This document shows positions 1 to 14,809 of a DNA stretch of 64,000 nt, piece after piece. Numbering within the stretch: the stretch's first letter is position 1; the number at the start of each line of letters is the position of its first letter. The position numbers and the translations under genes were made by a program. This DNA comes from Eledone cirrhosa. Taxonomy: Eukaryota. Below the pieces are notes generated by a model. It saw nothing but the letters and a program-made list of their open reading frames with translations, was not told the origin of the DNA and searched no databases. Location of the stretch: positions 89,218,001 through 89,282,000 of the forward strand of contig OZ024744.1 in the NCBI GenBank assembly GCA_964016885.1. Reading direction: 5' to 3'.

Positions 1-2469
1 GTGTAAGATAGTGTATGCCTGTGATGATAGTGTATATGTGTGTGATGATAGAGTATGTTTGTGTAAGATAGTGTGTATGTATGATAGTGTATGTGTGTGT
101 GTATGATAGTGTATGTGTGTGTAAGATTGTGTATGTGTGTGTAACATAGTGTATGTGTGTGTAAGATAGTGTATGTGTGTATGTATGATAGAGTATGTAT
201 GTGTGTATGATAGTGTATATGTGTGTGATGATAGTGTATGTGTGTGTAAGATAGTGTATGTGTGTGTAAGATAGTGTGTATGTATGATAGTGTATGTGTG
301 TATGTATGATAGTGTATTTGGGTGTGTATGATAGTGTATATGTGTTTGATGATAGAGTATGGTTGTGTAATATAATGTATGTGTGTTTAAGATAGTGTAT
401 GTGTGTATGTATAATAGTGTAAGTGTGTGTATGATAGTGTATATGTGTGTGATGATAGTGTATATGTGTGTGATGATAGAGAATGTGTGTGTAAGATAGT
501 GTGTAGGTATGATAGCGTATGTGTGTGTGTAAGATAGTGTATGTGTGTGATGATAGTGTATGTGTTTGTAAGATTGTGTATGTGTATGTAACATAGTGTA
601 TGTGTGTGATGATATTGTATGTGTGTGTAAGATAGTGTATGTGTGTATAAGATAGTGTATGTGTGTGTAAGATAGTGTATGTGTGTATGTAAGATAGTGT
701 ATTTGTGTGTGTATGATAGTGTATATGTGTGTGATGATAGTGTATGTGTGTAAGATAGTGTATGTGTGTGTAAGATAGTATATGTGTGTGTAAGATAGTG
801 TATGTGTGTGTATGATAGTGTATGTGTGTGTAAGATAGTGTATGTATGTGATGATAGTGTATGTGTTTGTAAGATTGTGTATGTGTATGTAACATAGTGT
901 ATGTGTGTGATGATATTGTATGTGTGTGTAAGATAGTGTATGTGTGTATAAGATAGTGTATGTGTGTGTAAGATAGTGTATGTGTGTATGTATGATAGTG
1001 TATGTGTGTGTGTATGATAGTGTATATGTGTGTGATGATAGTGTATGTGTGTGTATGATAGTGTATGTGTGTGTAAGATAGTGTATGTGTGTGTAAGATT
1101 GTATATGTGTGTATGTATGATAGTATATGTGTGTGTGTATGATAGTGTATATGTGTGTGATGATAGTGTTTGTGTGTTTAAGATAGTGTATGTGTGTGTA
1201 AGATAGTGTATGTGTGGATGTATGATAGTGTATGTGTGTATGATAGTGTATATGTGTGTGATGATATTGTATGTGTATGTAAGATAGTGTATGTGTGTGT
1301 AAGATAGTGTATGTGTGTGTAAGATTGTGTACGTGTGTGTGTATGATAGTGTATATGTGTGTGATGATAGTGTATGTGGGTGTATGATAGTGTATGTGTG
1401 TGTAAGATAGTGTATGTGTTTATAAGATAGTGTATGTGTATGTATGATACTGTATGTGTGTGTGTATGATAGTGTATATGTGTGTGATGATAGTGTATAT
1501 GGGTGTGATGATAGAGTATGTGTGTGTAAGACAGTGTATGTGTGAGTAAGATAGTGTATGTGTGTATATATGATAGTGTATGTGTGTGTGTATGATAGTG
1601 TATATGTGTGTGATGATAGTGTATATGTGTGTGATGATAGAGTACGTGTGTGTAAAATAGTGTGTATGTATAATAGTGTATGTGTGTGTATGATAGTGTA
1701 TATGTGTGTGATGATAGTGTATATGTGTGTGATGATAGAGAATGTGTGTGCAAGATAGTGTGTAGGTATGATAGTGTATGTGTGTGTGTAAGATAGTGTA
1801 TGTGTGTGATGATAGTGTATGTGTTTGTAAGATTGTGTATGTGTATGTAAGATAGTGTATGTGTGTGATGATATTGTATGTGTGTTAGATTGTGTATGTG
1901 TGTGTAAGATAGTGTATGTATGTATAAGATAGTGTATGTGTGTGTAAGATAGTGTATGTGTGTATGTAAGATAGTGTATTTGTGTGTGTATGATAGTGTA
2001 TATGTGTGTGATGATAGTGTATGTGGGTGTATGATAGTGTATGTGTGTGTAAGATAGTGTGTATGTATGATAGTGTATATGTGTGTGATGATAGTGTATA
2101 TGCGTGTGATGATAGAGTATGTGTGTGTAAGACAGTGTATGTGTGAGTAAGATAGTGTATGTGTGTATGTATGATAGTGTATGTGTGTGTGTATGATAGT
2201 GTATATGTGTATGATGATAGTGTATGTGTGTGTATGATAGTGTATGTGTGTGTAAGATAGTGTATGTGTGTGTAAGATTGTATATGTGTGTGTAAGATAG
2301 TGTATGTGTGTGATGATTATGTATGTGTGTGTAAGATTGTGTATGTGTGTGTAAGATAGTGTATGTGTGTATAAAATAGTGTATGTGTGTGTATGATAGT
2401 GTATGTGTGTGTGTAAGATAGTGTATGTCTGTGTGTATGATAATGTATATGTGTGTGATGATAGTGTAT

Positions 2470-5400
2470 GTGTGTGTAAGATAGTGTATGGGTGTAAGAT
2501 AGTGTATGTGTATGTATGATACTGTATGTGTGTGTGTAAGATAGTGTATGTCTGTGTGTATGATAATGTATATGTGTGTGATGATAGTGTATGTGTGTGT
2601 AAGATAGTGTATGGGTGTAAGATAGTGTATGTGTGTGTAAGATAGTGTATGTGTGTATGTATGATAGAGTATGTGCGTGTGTATGATAATGTATATGTGT
2701 GTGATGATAGTGTATGTGGGTGTATGATAGTGTATGTGTGTGTAAGATAGTGTGTATGTATGATAGTGTATATGTGTGTGATGATAGTGTATATGCGTGT
2801 GATGATAGAGTATGTGTGTGTAAGACAGTGTATGTGTGAGTAAGATAGTGTATGTGTGTATGTATGATAGTGTATGTGTGTGTGTATGATAGTTTATATG
2901 TGTGTGATGATAGTGTATATGTGTGTGATGATAGAGTATGTGTGTGTAAGATAGTGTGTATGTATGATAGTGTATGTGTGTGTGTAAGATAGTGTATGTG
3001 TGTGATGATTATGTATGTGTGTGTAAGATTGTGTATGTGTGTGTAAGATAGTGTATGCGTGTGATGATAGTGTATGTGTGTGTAAGATTGTGTATGTGTG
3101 TGTAAGATAGTGTATGTGTGTTATGATTATGTATGTGTGTGTAAGACTGTGTATGTGTGTGTAAGATAGTGTATGCGTGTGATGATAGTGTATGTGCGTG
3201 TAAGATTGTGTATGTGTGTGTAAGATAGTGTATGTGTGTGTAAGATAGTGTATTTGTGTGTAAGATGGTGTATTGGTGTGATGATAGTGTGTGTGTGTGT
3301 AAGATTGTGTATGTGTGTGTAAGATAGTGTATGTGTGTGATGATAGTGTATGTGTGTGTAAGATTGTGTATGTGTGTGTGAGATAGTGTATTTGTGTGAT
3401 GATAGTGTATGTGTTTGTAAGATTGTGTATGTGAGCGTAAGATAGTGTATGCGTGTGATGATAGTGTATGTGTGTATAAGATTGTGTATGGGTGTGTAAG
3501 ATAGTGTATGTGTGTGTAAGATAGTGTATGTGTGTGATGATAGTGTATGTATGTGTAAGATTGTGTATGTGTGTGTAAGATAGTGTATGTGTGTGATGAT
3601 AGTGTATGTGTGTGTAAGATTGTGTATGTGTGTGTAAGATAGTGTATGTATGTATGCATGATAGTGTATTTGTGTGTGTATTATAGTGTATATGTGTGTG
3701 ATGATAGTGTATGTGTGTCAAAGATAGTGTATGTGTGTGTAAGATAGTGTATGATAGAGTATGATAGAGTATGTGTGTGTGTATGATAGTGTATATGTGT
3801 GTGATTATAGTGTATGTGTGTGTAAGTTAGTGTTTGTGTGTGTAAGATAGTGTATTCGTGTATGTATGATACTGTATGTGTGTGTGTATGATAGTGTATA
3901 TGTGTGTGATGATAGTGTATATGTGTGTGTGATAGAGTATATGTGTGAAAGATAGTGTGTATGTATGATAATGTATGTGTGTTTGTAAGATAGTGTATGT
4001 GTGTAATAATTGTGTATGTGTTTGTAAGATCGTGTATGTGTGTAAGATATTGTATGTGTGTGTAAGATAGTGTATGTGTGTATGTATGATAGTGTATGTG
4101 TGTGTGTATGATAGTGTATATGTGTGTGATGATAGTGTATGTGTGTCAAAGATAGTGTATGTGTGTGTAAGATAGTGTATGCGTGTGTAAGATAGTGTCT
4201 ATGTATGATAGTGTATGAGTGTATGTATGATAGTGTATTTGTGTGTGTATGATAGTGTATATGTGTGTGATGATAGAGTATGTGTGTGTAATATAATGTA
4301 TGTGTGTTTAAGATAGAGTATGTGTGTATGTATAATAGTATATGTGTGTGTGTATGATAGTGTATATGTGTGTGATGATAGTGTATATGTGTGTGATGAT
4401 AGAGAATATGTGTGTAAGATAGTGTGTATGTATGATAGTGTATGTGTGTGGGTAAGATAGTGTATGTGTGTGCTGATAGTATATGTGTGTGTAAGATTGT
4501 GTATGTCTGTAGAAGATAGTGTATGTGTGTGTATGATAGTGTATGTGTGTATGTATGATAGTGTATTTGTGTATGTATGATAGTGTATATGTGTGTGATG
4601 ATAGTGTATGTGTGTGTAAGATTGTGTATGTGTATGTAAGATAGTGTACGTGTGTGATGATATTGTATGTGTGTGTAAGATTGTGTATGTGTGTGTCAGA
4701 TAGTGTATGTGTGTATAAGATAGTCTATGTGTGTGTAAGATAGTGTATATATGTATGTATCATAGTGTATTTGTGTGTGTATGATAGTGTATGTGTGTAA
4801 GATAGTGTATCTGTGTGTAAGATAGTCTCTGTGTGTGTATGATAGTGTATGTGTGTGTAAGATTGTGTATGTGTATGTAAGATAGTGTATGTGTGTGATG
4901 ATATTGTATGTGTGTATAACATAGTGTATGTGTGTGTAAGATAGTGTATATGTGTATGCATGATGGTGTATTTGTGTGTGTATGATAGTGTATATGTGTG
5001 TGATGATAGTGTATGTGTGTAAGATAGTGTATGTGTGTGTAAGATAGTGTGTGTGTGTGTATGATAGTGTATGTGTGTGTAAAATAGTGTATGTGTTTGT
5101 AAGATAGTGTATGTGTGTGTAAGATAGTGTATGTGTGTGTAAGATAGTGTATGTGTGTGTATGATAGTGTATGTGTGTGTAAGATAGTGTATGTGTGTGT
5201 AAGATAGTGTATGTGTGTGTAAGATAGTGTATGTGTGTGTAAGATAGTGTATGTGTGTGTAAGGTAGTGTATATATGTATGTATGATAGTGTATTTGTGT
5301 GTGTATGATAGTGCATATGTGTGTGATGATAGTGTTTGTGTGTGTAAGATAGTGTATGTGTGTATGTATGATAGTGTATGTGTGTGTGTATGATAGTGTA

Positions 5401-8400
5401 TGTGTGTGTAAGATAGTGTATGTGTGTGTGTATGATAGTGTATTTGTGTGTGATGATAGTGTATGTGTGTAAGATAGTGTATGTGTGTGATGATAGTGTA
5501 TGTGCGTGTAAGATTGTTTATGTGTGTGTAAGATAGTGTATGTGTGTGATGATATTGTATGTGTGTGATGATAGTGTATGTGTGTGTAAGATAGTGTATG
5601 CGTGTGATGATAGTGTATGTGTGGGTAAGATTGTGTATGTGTGTGTAAGATAGTGTATGGGTGTAAGATAGTGTATGTGTATGTATGATACTGTATGTGT
5701 GTGTGTAAGATAGTGTATGTCTGTGTGTATGATAATGTATATGTGTGTGATGATAGTGTATGTGTGTGTAAGATAGTGTATGGGTGTAAGATAGTGTATG
5801 TGTGTGTAAGATAGTGTATGTGTGTATGTATGATAGAGTATGTGCGTGTGTATGATAATGTATATGTGTGTGATGATAGTGTATGTGGGTGTATGATAGT
5901 GTATGTGTGTGTAAGATAGTGTGTATGTATGATAGTGTATATGTGTGTGATGATAGTGTATATGCGTGTGATGATAGAGTATGTGTGTGTGTAAGACAGT
6001 GTATGTGTGAGTAAGATAGTGTATGTGTGTATGTATGATAGTGTATGTGTGTGTGTATGATAGTTTATATGTGTGTGATGATAGTGTATATGTGTGTGAT
6101 GATAGAGTATGTGTGTGTAAGATAGTGTGTATGTATGATAGTGTATGTGTGTGTGTAAGATAGTGTATGTGTGTGATGATTATGTATGTGTGTGTAAGAT
6201 TGTGTATGTGTGTGTAAGATAGTGTATGCGTGTGATGATAGTGTATGTGTGTGTAAGATTGTGTATGTGTGTGTAAGATAGTGTATGTGTGTTATGATTA
6301 TGTATGTGTGTGTAAGACTGTGTATGTGTGTGTAAGATAGTGTATGCGTGTGATGATAGTGTATGTGCGTGTAAGATTGTGTATGTGTGTGTAAGATAGT
6401 GTATGTGTGTGTAAGATAGTGTATTTGTGTGTAAGATGGTGTATTGGTGTGATGATAGTGTGTGTGTGTGTAAGATTGTGTATGTGTGTGTAAGATAGTG
6501 TATGTGTGTGATGATAGTGTATGTGTGTGTAAGATTGTGTATGTGTGTGTGAGATAGTGTATTTGTGTGATGATAGTGTATGTGTTTGTAAGATTGTGTA
6601 TGTGAGCGTAAGATAGTGTATGCGTGTGATGATAGTGTATGTGTGTATAAGATTGTGTATGGGTGTGTAAGATAGTGTATGTGTGTGTAAGATAGTGTAT
6701 GTGTGTGATGATAGTGTATGTATGTGTAAGATTGTGTATGTGTGTGTAAGATAGTGTATGTGTGTGATGATAGTGTATGTGTGTGTAAGATTGTGTATGT
6801 GTGTGTAAGATAGTGTATGTATGTATGCATGATAGTGTATTTGTGTGTGTATTATAGTGTATATGTGTGTGATGATAGTGTATGTGTGTCAAAGATAGTG
6901 TATGTGTGTGTAAGATAGTGTATGATAGAGTATGATAGAGTATGTGTGTGTGTATGATAGTGTATATGTGTGTGATTATAGTGTATGTGTGTGTAAGTTA
7001 GTGTTTGTGTGTGTAAGATAGTGTATTCGTGTATGTATGATACTGTATGTGTGTGTGTATGATAGTGTATATGTGTGTGATGATAGTGTATATGTGTGTG
7101 TGATAGAGTATATGTGTGAAAGATAGTGTGTATGTATGATAATGTATGTGTGTTTGTAAGATAGTGTATGTGTGTAATAATTGTGTATGTGTTTGTAAGA
7201 TCGTGTATGTGTGTAAGATATTGTATGTGTGTGTAAGATAGTGTATGTGTGTATGTATGATAGTGTATGTGTGTGTGTATGATAGTGTATATGTGTGTGA
7301 TGATAGTGTATGTGTGTCAAAGATAGTGTATGTGTGTGTAAGATAGTGTATGCGTGTGTAAGATAGTGTCTATGTATGATAGTGTATGAGTGTATGTATG
7401 ATAGTGTATTTGTGTGTGTATGATAGTGTATATGTGTGTGATGATAGAGTATGTGTGTGTAATATAATGTATGTGTGTTTAAGATAGAGTATGTGTGTAT
7501 GTATAATAGTATATGTGTGTGTGTATGATAGTGTATATGTGTGTGATGATAGTGTATATGTGTGTGATGATAGAGAATATGTGTGTAAGATAGTGTGTAT
7601 GTATGATAGTGTATGTGTGTGGGTAAGATAGTGTATGTGTGTGCTGATAGTATATGTGTGTGTAAGATTGTGTATGTCTGTAGAAGATAGTGTATGTGTG
7701 TGTATGATAGTGTATGTGTGTATGTATGATAGTGTATTTGTGTATGTATGATAGTGTATATGTGTGTGATGATAGTGTATGTGTGTGTAAGATTGTGTAT
7801 GTGTATGTAAGATAGTGTATGTGTGTGATGATATTGTATGTGTGTGTAAGATTGTGTATGTGTGTGTCAGATAGTGTATGTGTGTATAAGATAGTCTATG
7901 TGTGTGTAAGATAGTGTATATATGTATGTATCATAGTGTATTTGTGTGTGTATGATAGTGTATGTGTGTAAGATAGTGTATCTGTGTGTAAGATAGTCTC
8001 TGTGTGTGTATGATAGTGTATGTGTGTGTAAGATTGTGTATGTGTATGTAAGATAGTGTATGTGTGTGATGATATTGTATGTGTGTATAACATAGTGTAT
8101 GTGTGTGTAAGATAGTGTATATGTGTATGCATGATGGTGTATTTGTGTATGTATGATAGTGTATATGTGTGTGATGATAGTGTATGTGTGTAAGATAGTG
8201 TATGTGTGTGTAAGATAGTGTGTGTGTGTGTATGATAGTGTATGTGTGTGTAAAATAGTGTATGTGTTTGTAAGATAGTGTATGTGTGTGTAAGATAGTG
8301 TATGTGTGTGTAAGATAGTGTATGTGTGTGTATGATAGTGTATGTGTGTGTAAGATAGTGTATGTGTGTGTAAGATAGTGTATGTGTGTGTAAGATAGTG

Positions 8401-8830
8401 TATGTGTGTGTAAGATAGTGTATGTGTGTGTAAGGTAGTGTATATATGTATGTATGATAGTGTATTTGTGTGTGTATGATAGTGCATATGTGTGTGATGA
8501 TAGTGTTTGTGTGTGTAAGATAGTGTATGTGTGTATGTATGATAGTGTATGTGTGTGTGTATGATAGTGTATGTGTGTGTAAGATAGTGTATGTGTGTGT
8601 GTATGATAGTGTATATGTGTGTGATGATAGTGTATGTGTGTAAGATAGTGTATGTGTGTGATGATAGTGTATGTGCGTGTAAGATTGTTTATGTGTGTGT
8701 AAGATAGTGTATGTGTGTGATGATATTGTATGTGTGTGATGATAGTGTATGTGTGTGTAAGATAGTGTATGCGTGTGATGATAGTGTATGTGTGGGTAAG
8801 ATTGTGTATGTGTGTGTAAGATAGTGTATG
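2470..8830. repeat. Higher-order tandem duplication in satellite A, period ~3,171 bp (2 copies)
   Basis: Identical translations recur at a fixed offset (2894/6065, 3009/6180, 3805/6976, 4696/7867) and rare variant monomers recur. Edges approximate. Confidence 0.93.
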
Positions 8831-9290
8831 AGTGTAAGATTGTGTATGTGTCTGATGATAGTGTATGTGTGTGTAAGATTGTGTATGTGTGTATAAGATA
8901 GTGTATGTGTGTGATGATAGTGTATGTGTGTGTAAGATTGTTTATGTGTGTGTAAGATAGTGTATGACTGTATAAGATAGTGGATGAGTGTGTAAGATAG
9001 TGTATGTGTGTATGTATGATAATGTATTTGTGTGTGTATGATAGTGTATATGTGTGTGTTGATAGTGTATGTGTGTAAGATAGTGTTTGTGTGTGTAAGA
9101 TCGTGTATGTGTGTATGTATGATAGTGTATATATGTGTGAGGATAGTGTATGTGTGTGTATGATAGTGTATGTGTGTGTAAGATAGTGTATGTGTGTGTA
9201 AGATAGTGTATGTGCGTGTAAGATAGTGTATGTGTGTAAGAGAGTTTATGTGTGTGATGATAGTGTATGTGTGTAAGATTGTGTATGTGT

Positions 9291-11315
9291 GTTTAAGATA
9301 GTGTATGCCTGTGATGATAGTGTATATGTGTGTGATGATAGAGTATGTTTGTGTAAGATAGTGTGTATGTATGATAGTGTATGTGTGTGTGTATGATAGT
9401 GTATGTGTGTGTAAGATTGTGTATGTGTGTGTAACATAGTGTATGTGTGTGTAAGATAGTGTATGTGTGTATGTATGATAGAGTATGTATGTGTGTATGA
9501 TAGTGTATATGTGTGTGATGATAGTGTATGTGTGTGTAAGATAGTGTATGTGTGTGTAAGATAGTGTGTATGTATGATAGTGTATGTGTGTATGTATGAT
9601 AGTGTATTTGGGTGTGTATGATAGTGTATATGTGTTTGATGATAGAGTATGGTTGTGTAATATAATGTATGTGTGTTTAAGATAGTGTATGTGTGTATGT
9701 ATAATAGTGTATGTGTGTGTATGATAGTGTATATGTGTGTGATGATAGTGTATATGTGTGTGATGATAGAGAATGTGTGTGTAAGATAGTGTGTAGGTAT
9801 GATAGCGTATGTGTGTGTGTAAGATAGTGTATGTGTGTGATGATAGTGTATGTGTTTGTAAAATTGTGTATGTGTATGTAACATAGTGTATGTGTGTGAT
9901 GATATTGTATGTGTGTGTAAGATAGTGTATGTGTGTATAAGATAGTGTATGTGTGTGTAAGATAGTGTATGTGTGTATGTAAGATAGTGTATTTGTGTGT
10001 GTATGATAGTGTATATGTGTGTGATGATAGTGTATGTGTGTAAGATAGTGTATGTGTGTGTAAGATAGTATATGTGTGTGTAAGATAGTGTATGTGTGTG
10101 TATGATAGTGTATGTGTGTGTAAGATAGTGTATGTATGTGATGATAGTGTATGTGTTTGTAAGATTGTGTATGTGTATGTAACATAGTGTATGTGTGTGA
10201 TGATATTGTATGTGTGTGTAAGATAGTGTATGTGTGTATAAGATAGTGTATGTGTGTGTAAGATAGTGTATGTGTGTATGTATGATAGTGTATGTGTGTG
10301 TGTATGATAGTGTATATGTCTGTGATGATAGTGTATGTGTGTGTATGATAGTGTATGTGTGTGTAAGATAGTGTATGTGTGTGTAAGATTGTATATGTGT
10401 GTATGTATGATAGTATATGTGTGTGTGTATGATAGTGTATATGTGTGTGATGATAGTGTTTGTGTGTTTAAGATAGTGTATGTGTGTGTAAGATAGTGTA
10501 TGTGTGGATGTATGATAGTGTATGTGTGTATGATAGTGTATATGTGTGTGATGATATTGTATGTGTATGTAAGATAGTGTATGTGTGTGTAAGTTAGTGT
10601 ATGTGTGCGTAAGATTGTGTACGTGTGTGTGTATGATAGTGTATATGTGTGTAATGATAGTGTATATGGGTGTATGATAGTGTATGTGTGTGTAAGATAG
10701 TGTATGTGTTTGTAAGATAGTGTATGTGTATGTATGATACTGTATGTGTGTGTGTATGATAGTGTATATGTGTGTGATGATAGTGTATATGTGTGTGATG
10801 ATAGAGTATGTGTGTGTAAGACAGTGTATGTGTGAGTAAGATAGTGTATGTGTATATGTATGATAGTGTATGTGTGTGTGTATGATAGTGTATATGTGTG
10901 TGATGATAGTGTATATGTGTGTGATGATAGAGTACGTGTGTGTAAGATAGTGTGTATGTATAATAGTGTATGTGTGTGTATGATAGTGTATATGTGTGTG
11001 ATGATAGTGTATATGTGTGTGATGATAGAGAATGTGTGTGCAAGACAGTGTGTAGGTATGATAGTGTATGTGTGTGTGTAAGATAGTGTATGTGTGTGAT
11101 GATAGTGTATGTGTTTGTAAGATTGTGTATGTGTATGTAAGATAGTGTATGTGTGTGATGATATTGTATGTGTGTTAGATTGTGTATGTGTGTGTAAGAT
11201 AGTGTATGTGTGTATAAGATAGTGTATGTGTGTGTAAGATAGTGTATGTGTGTATGTAAGATAGTGTATTTGTGTGTGTATGATAGTGTATATGTGTGTG
11301 ATGATAGTGTATGTG
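9291..11315. repeat. Second copy of satellite A block 1-2025 (offset 9,290 bp)
   Basis: Rare variants GTGTATGCCTGTG, GGTTGTGTAATATAAT and GTAGGTATGATAGCG occur at both places; ORF starts 1753 and 11043 differ by 9,290. Confidence 0.9.
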
Positions 11316-14300
11316 TGTAAGATAGTGTATGTGTGTGTAAGATAGTATATGTGTGTGTAAGATAGTGTATGTGTGTGTATGATAGTGTATATGTGTGTAA
11401 GATAGTGTATGTGTGTGTAAGATAGTGTATGTGTGTGTAAGATAGTGTATGTGTGTATGTATGATAGTGTATGTGTGTGTGTATGATAGTGTATATGTGT
11501 GTGATGATAGTGTATGTGTGTGTATGATAGTGTATGTGTGTGTAAGATAGTGTATGTGTGTGTAAGATTGTATATGTGTGTGTAAGATAGTGTATGTGTG
11601 TGATGATTATGTATGTGTGTGTAAGATTGTGTATGTGTGTGTAAGATAGTGTATGTGTGTATAAAATAGTGTATGTGTGTGTATAAGATAGTGTATGTGT
11701 GTGTGTAAGATAGTGTATGTCTGTGTGTATGATAATGTATATGTGTGTGATGATAGTGTATGTGTGTGTAAGATAGTGTATGGGTGTAAGATAGTGTATG
11801 TGTATGTATGATACTGTATGCGTGTGTGTAAGATAGTGTATGTCTGTGTGTATGATAATGTATATGTGTGTGATGATAGTGTATGTGTGTGTAAGATAGT
11901 GTATGGGTGTAAGATAGTGTATGTGTGTGTAAGATAGTGTATGTGTGTATGTATGATAGAGTATGTGCGTGTGTATGATAGTGTATATGTGTGTGATGAT
12001 AGTGTATGTGGGTGTATGATAGTGTATGTGTGTGTAAGATAGTGTGTATGTATGATAGTGTATATGTGTGTGATGATAGTGTATATGCGTGTGATGATAG
12101 AGTATGTGTGTGTAAGACAGTGTATGTGTGAGTAAGATAGTGTATGTGTGTATGTATGATAGTGTATGTGTGTGTGTATGATAGTTTATATGTGTGTGAT
12201 GATAGTGTATATGTGTGTGATGATAGAGTATATGTGTGTAAGATAGTGTGTATGTATGATAGTGTATGTGTGTGTGTAAGATAGTGTATGTGTGTGATGA
12301 TAGTGTATGTGTGTGAAAGATTGTGTATGTGTGTGTAAGATAGTGTATGTGTGTGATGATTATGTATGTGTGTGTAAGATTGTGTATGTGTGTGTAAGAT
12401 AGTGTATGTGTGTATAAAATAGTGTATGTGTGTGTATGATAGTGTATATGTATGTGATAATAGTGTATGTGTGTGTAAGATAGTGTTTGTGTGTATGTAT
12501 GTTATTGTATGTGTGTGTGTATGATAGTGTATGTGTGTGATGATAGAGTATGTGTGTGTAAGATAGTGTATGTCTGAGTAAGATAGTGTATGTGTGTATG
12601 GATGATAGTGTATGTGTGTGTGTATGATATTGTATATGTGTGTGATGATAGTGTATATGTGTGTGATGATAGTGTATGTGTGTATGTAAGATAGTGTATG
12701 TGTATGTATGATAGTGTATGTGTGTGTGTAAGATAGTGTATGTGTGTAAGATAGTGTATGTGTGTGTAAGATAGTGAATGTGTGTATAAGATAGTGTATG
12801 TGTGTGTAAGATTGTGTATGTGTGTGTAAGATAGTGTATGTGTGTGATGATAGTGTATGTGTGTGTAAGATTGTGTATGTGTGTGTAAGATAGTGTATGT
12901 GTGTATAAAATAGTGTACGTGTGTGTAAGATAGTGTATGTGTGTATGTATGTTAGTGTATTTGTGTGTGTATGATAGTGTATATGTGTGTGATGATAGTG
13001 TATGTGTGTATAAGATAGTATATGTGTGTGTAAGATAGTGTATGTGTGTGTAAGATAGTGTATGTGTGTATGTATGATAGTGTATGTGTGTGTAAGATAG
13101 TGTATGTGTGTATGTATGATAGAGTATGTGTGTGTGTATGATAGTGTATATGTGTGTGATGATAGTGTATGTGTGTGTAAGATAGTGTATGTGTGTGTAA
13201 GATAGTGTATGTGTGAGTAAGATAGTGTATGTGTGTATGTAAGATAGTGTATGTGTGTGTGTGTATGATAGTGTATATGTGTGTGATGATAGTGTATATG
13301 TGTGTGATCATAGAGTATGTATGTTAGATAGTGTGTATGTATGATAGTGTATGTGTGTGTGTAAGATAGTGTATGTGTGTAAGATAGTGTATGTGTGTGT
13401 AAGATAGTGAATGTGTGTGATGATAGTGTATGTGTGTGTAAGATTGTGTATGTGTGTGTAAGATAGTGTATGTGTGTGATGATAGTGTATGTGTGTGTAA
13501 GATAGTGTATGGGTGTAAGATAGTGTATGTGTGTGTAAGATAGTGTATGTGTGTATGTATGATAGAGTATGTGCGTGTGTATGATAGTGTATATGTGTGT
13601 GATGATAGTGTATGTGGGTGTATGATAGTGTATGTGTGTGTAAGATAGTGTGTATGTATGATAGTGTATATGTGTGTGATGATAGTGTATATGCGTGTGA
13701 TGATAGAGTATGTGTGTGTAAGACAGTGTATGTGTGAGTAAGATAGTGTATGTGTGTATGTATGATAGTGTATGTGTGTGTGTATGATAGTTTATATGTG
13801 TGTGATGATAGTGTATATGTGTGTGATGATAGAGTATGTGTGTGTAAGATAGTGTGTATGTATGATAGTGTATGTGTGTGTGTAAGATAGTGTATGTGTG
13901 TGATGATAGTGTATGTGTGTGAAAGATTGTGTGTGTAAGATAGTGTATGTGTGTGATGATTATGTATGTGTTTGTAAGATTGTGTATGTGTGTGTAAGAT
14001 AGTGTATGTGTGTATAAAATAGTGTATGTGTGTGTAAGATAGTGTATGTGTGTATGTATGATAGTGTATTTGTGTGTGTATGATAGTGTATATGTGTGTG
14101 ATGATAGTGTATGTGTGTGTAAGATAGTGTATGTGTGTGTAAGATAGTGTATGTGTGTGTAAGATAGTGTATGTGTGTATGTATGATAGTGTATGTGCGT
14201 GTGTATGATAGTGTATATTTGTGTGATGATAGTGTATGTGTGTTTAAGATAGTGTATGTGTGTGTAAGATAGTGTATGTGTGTATGTATGATAGAGTATG

Positions 14301-14809
14301 TGTGTGTGTATGATAGTGTATATGTGTGTGATGATAGTGTATGTGTGTGTAAGATAGTGTATGTGTGTGTAAGATAGTGTATGTGTGTGATGATAGTGTA
14401 TGTGTGTGTAAGATTGTGTATGTGTGTGTAAGATAGTGTATGTGTGTGATGATAGTGTATGTGTTTGATGATAGTGTATGTGTGTGTAAGATAGTGAATG
14501 TGTGTGTAAGATAGAGTATGTGTGTGTAAGATAGTGTATATGTGTGTAAGATAGTGTATGTGTGTGATGATAGTGTATGTGTGTGTAAGATTGTGTATAT
14601 GTGTGTGTAAGATAGTATATGTGTGTGATGATAGTGTATGTGTGTGTATGATTGTGTATATATGTGTGTAAGATAGTATATGTGTGTGATGATAGTGTAT
14701 ATATGTGTATGAAGAGAAGTGATTTGCCGTTTTACTTACACACCAAGACATTCATATACGAAGCAGTATGTACATAGTGTTCAGTACAAACACACAGCGT
14801 TGCAAAAGA

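Larger units (their letters stand above)
1..14710. repeat. Satellite A: ~18-22-bp tandem repeat, consensus GATAGTGTATGTGTGTGTAA (variants ending TAT or GAT); runs off the left window edge
   Basis: Continuous array seen directly; plus strand almost lacks C; ends abruptly at GAAGAGAAGTGATTTGCC (~14711). Confidence 0.97.

Noticed and set aside
1178-14751. Long His/Thr/Tyr-rich ORFs on the minus strand (up to 498 aa)
   Set aside because: Translation of satellite A; overlapping frames give the same low-complexity peptide; no domain signal.
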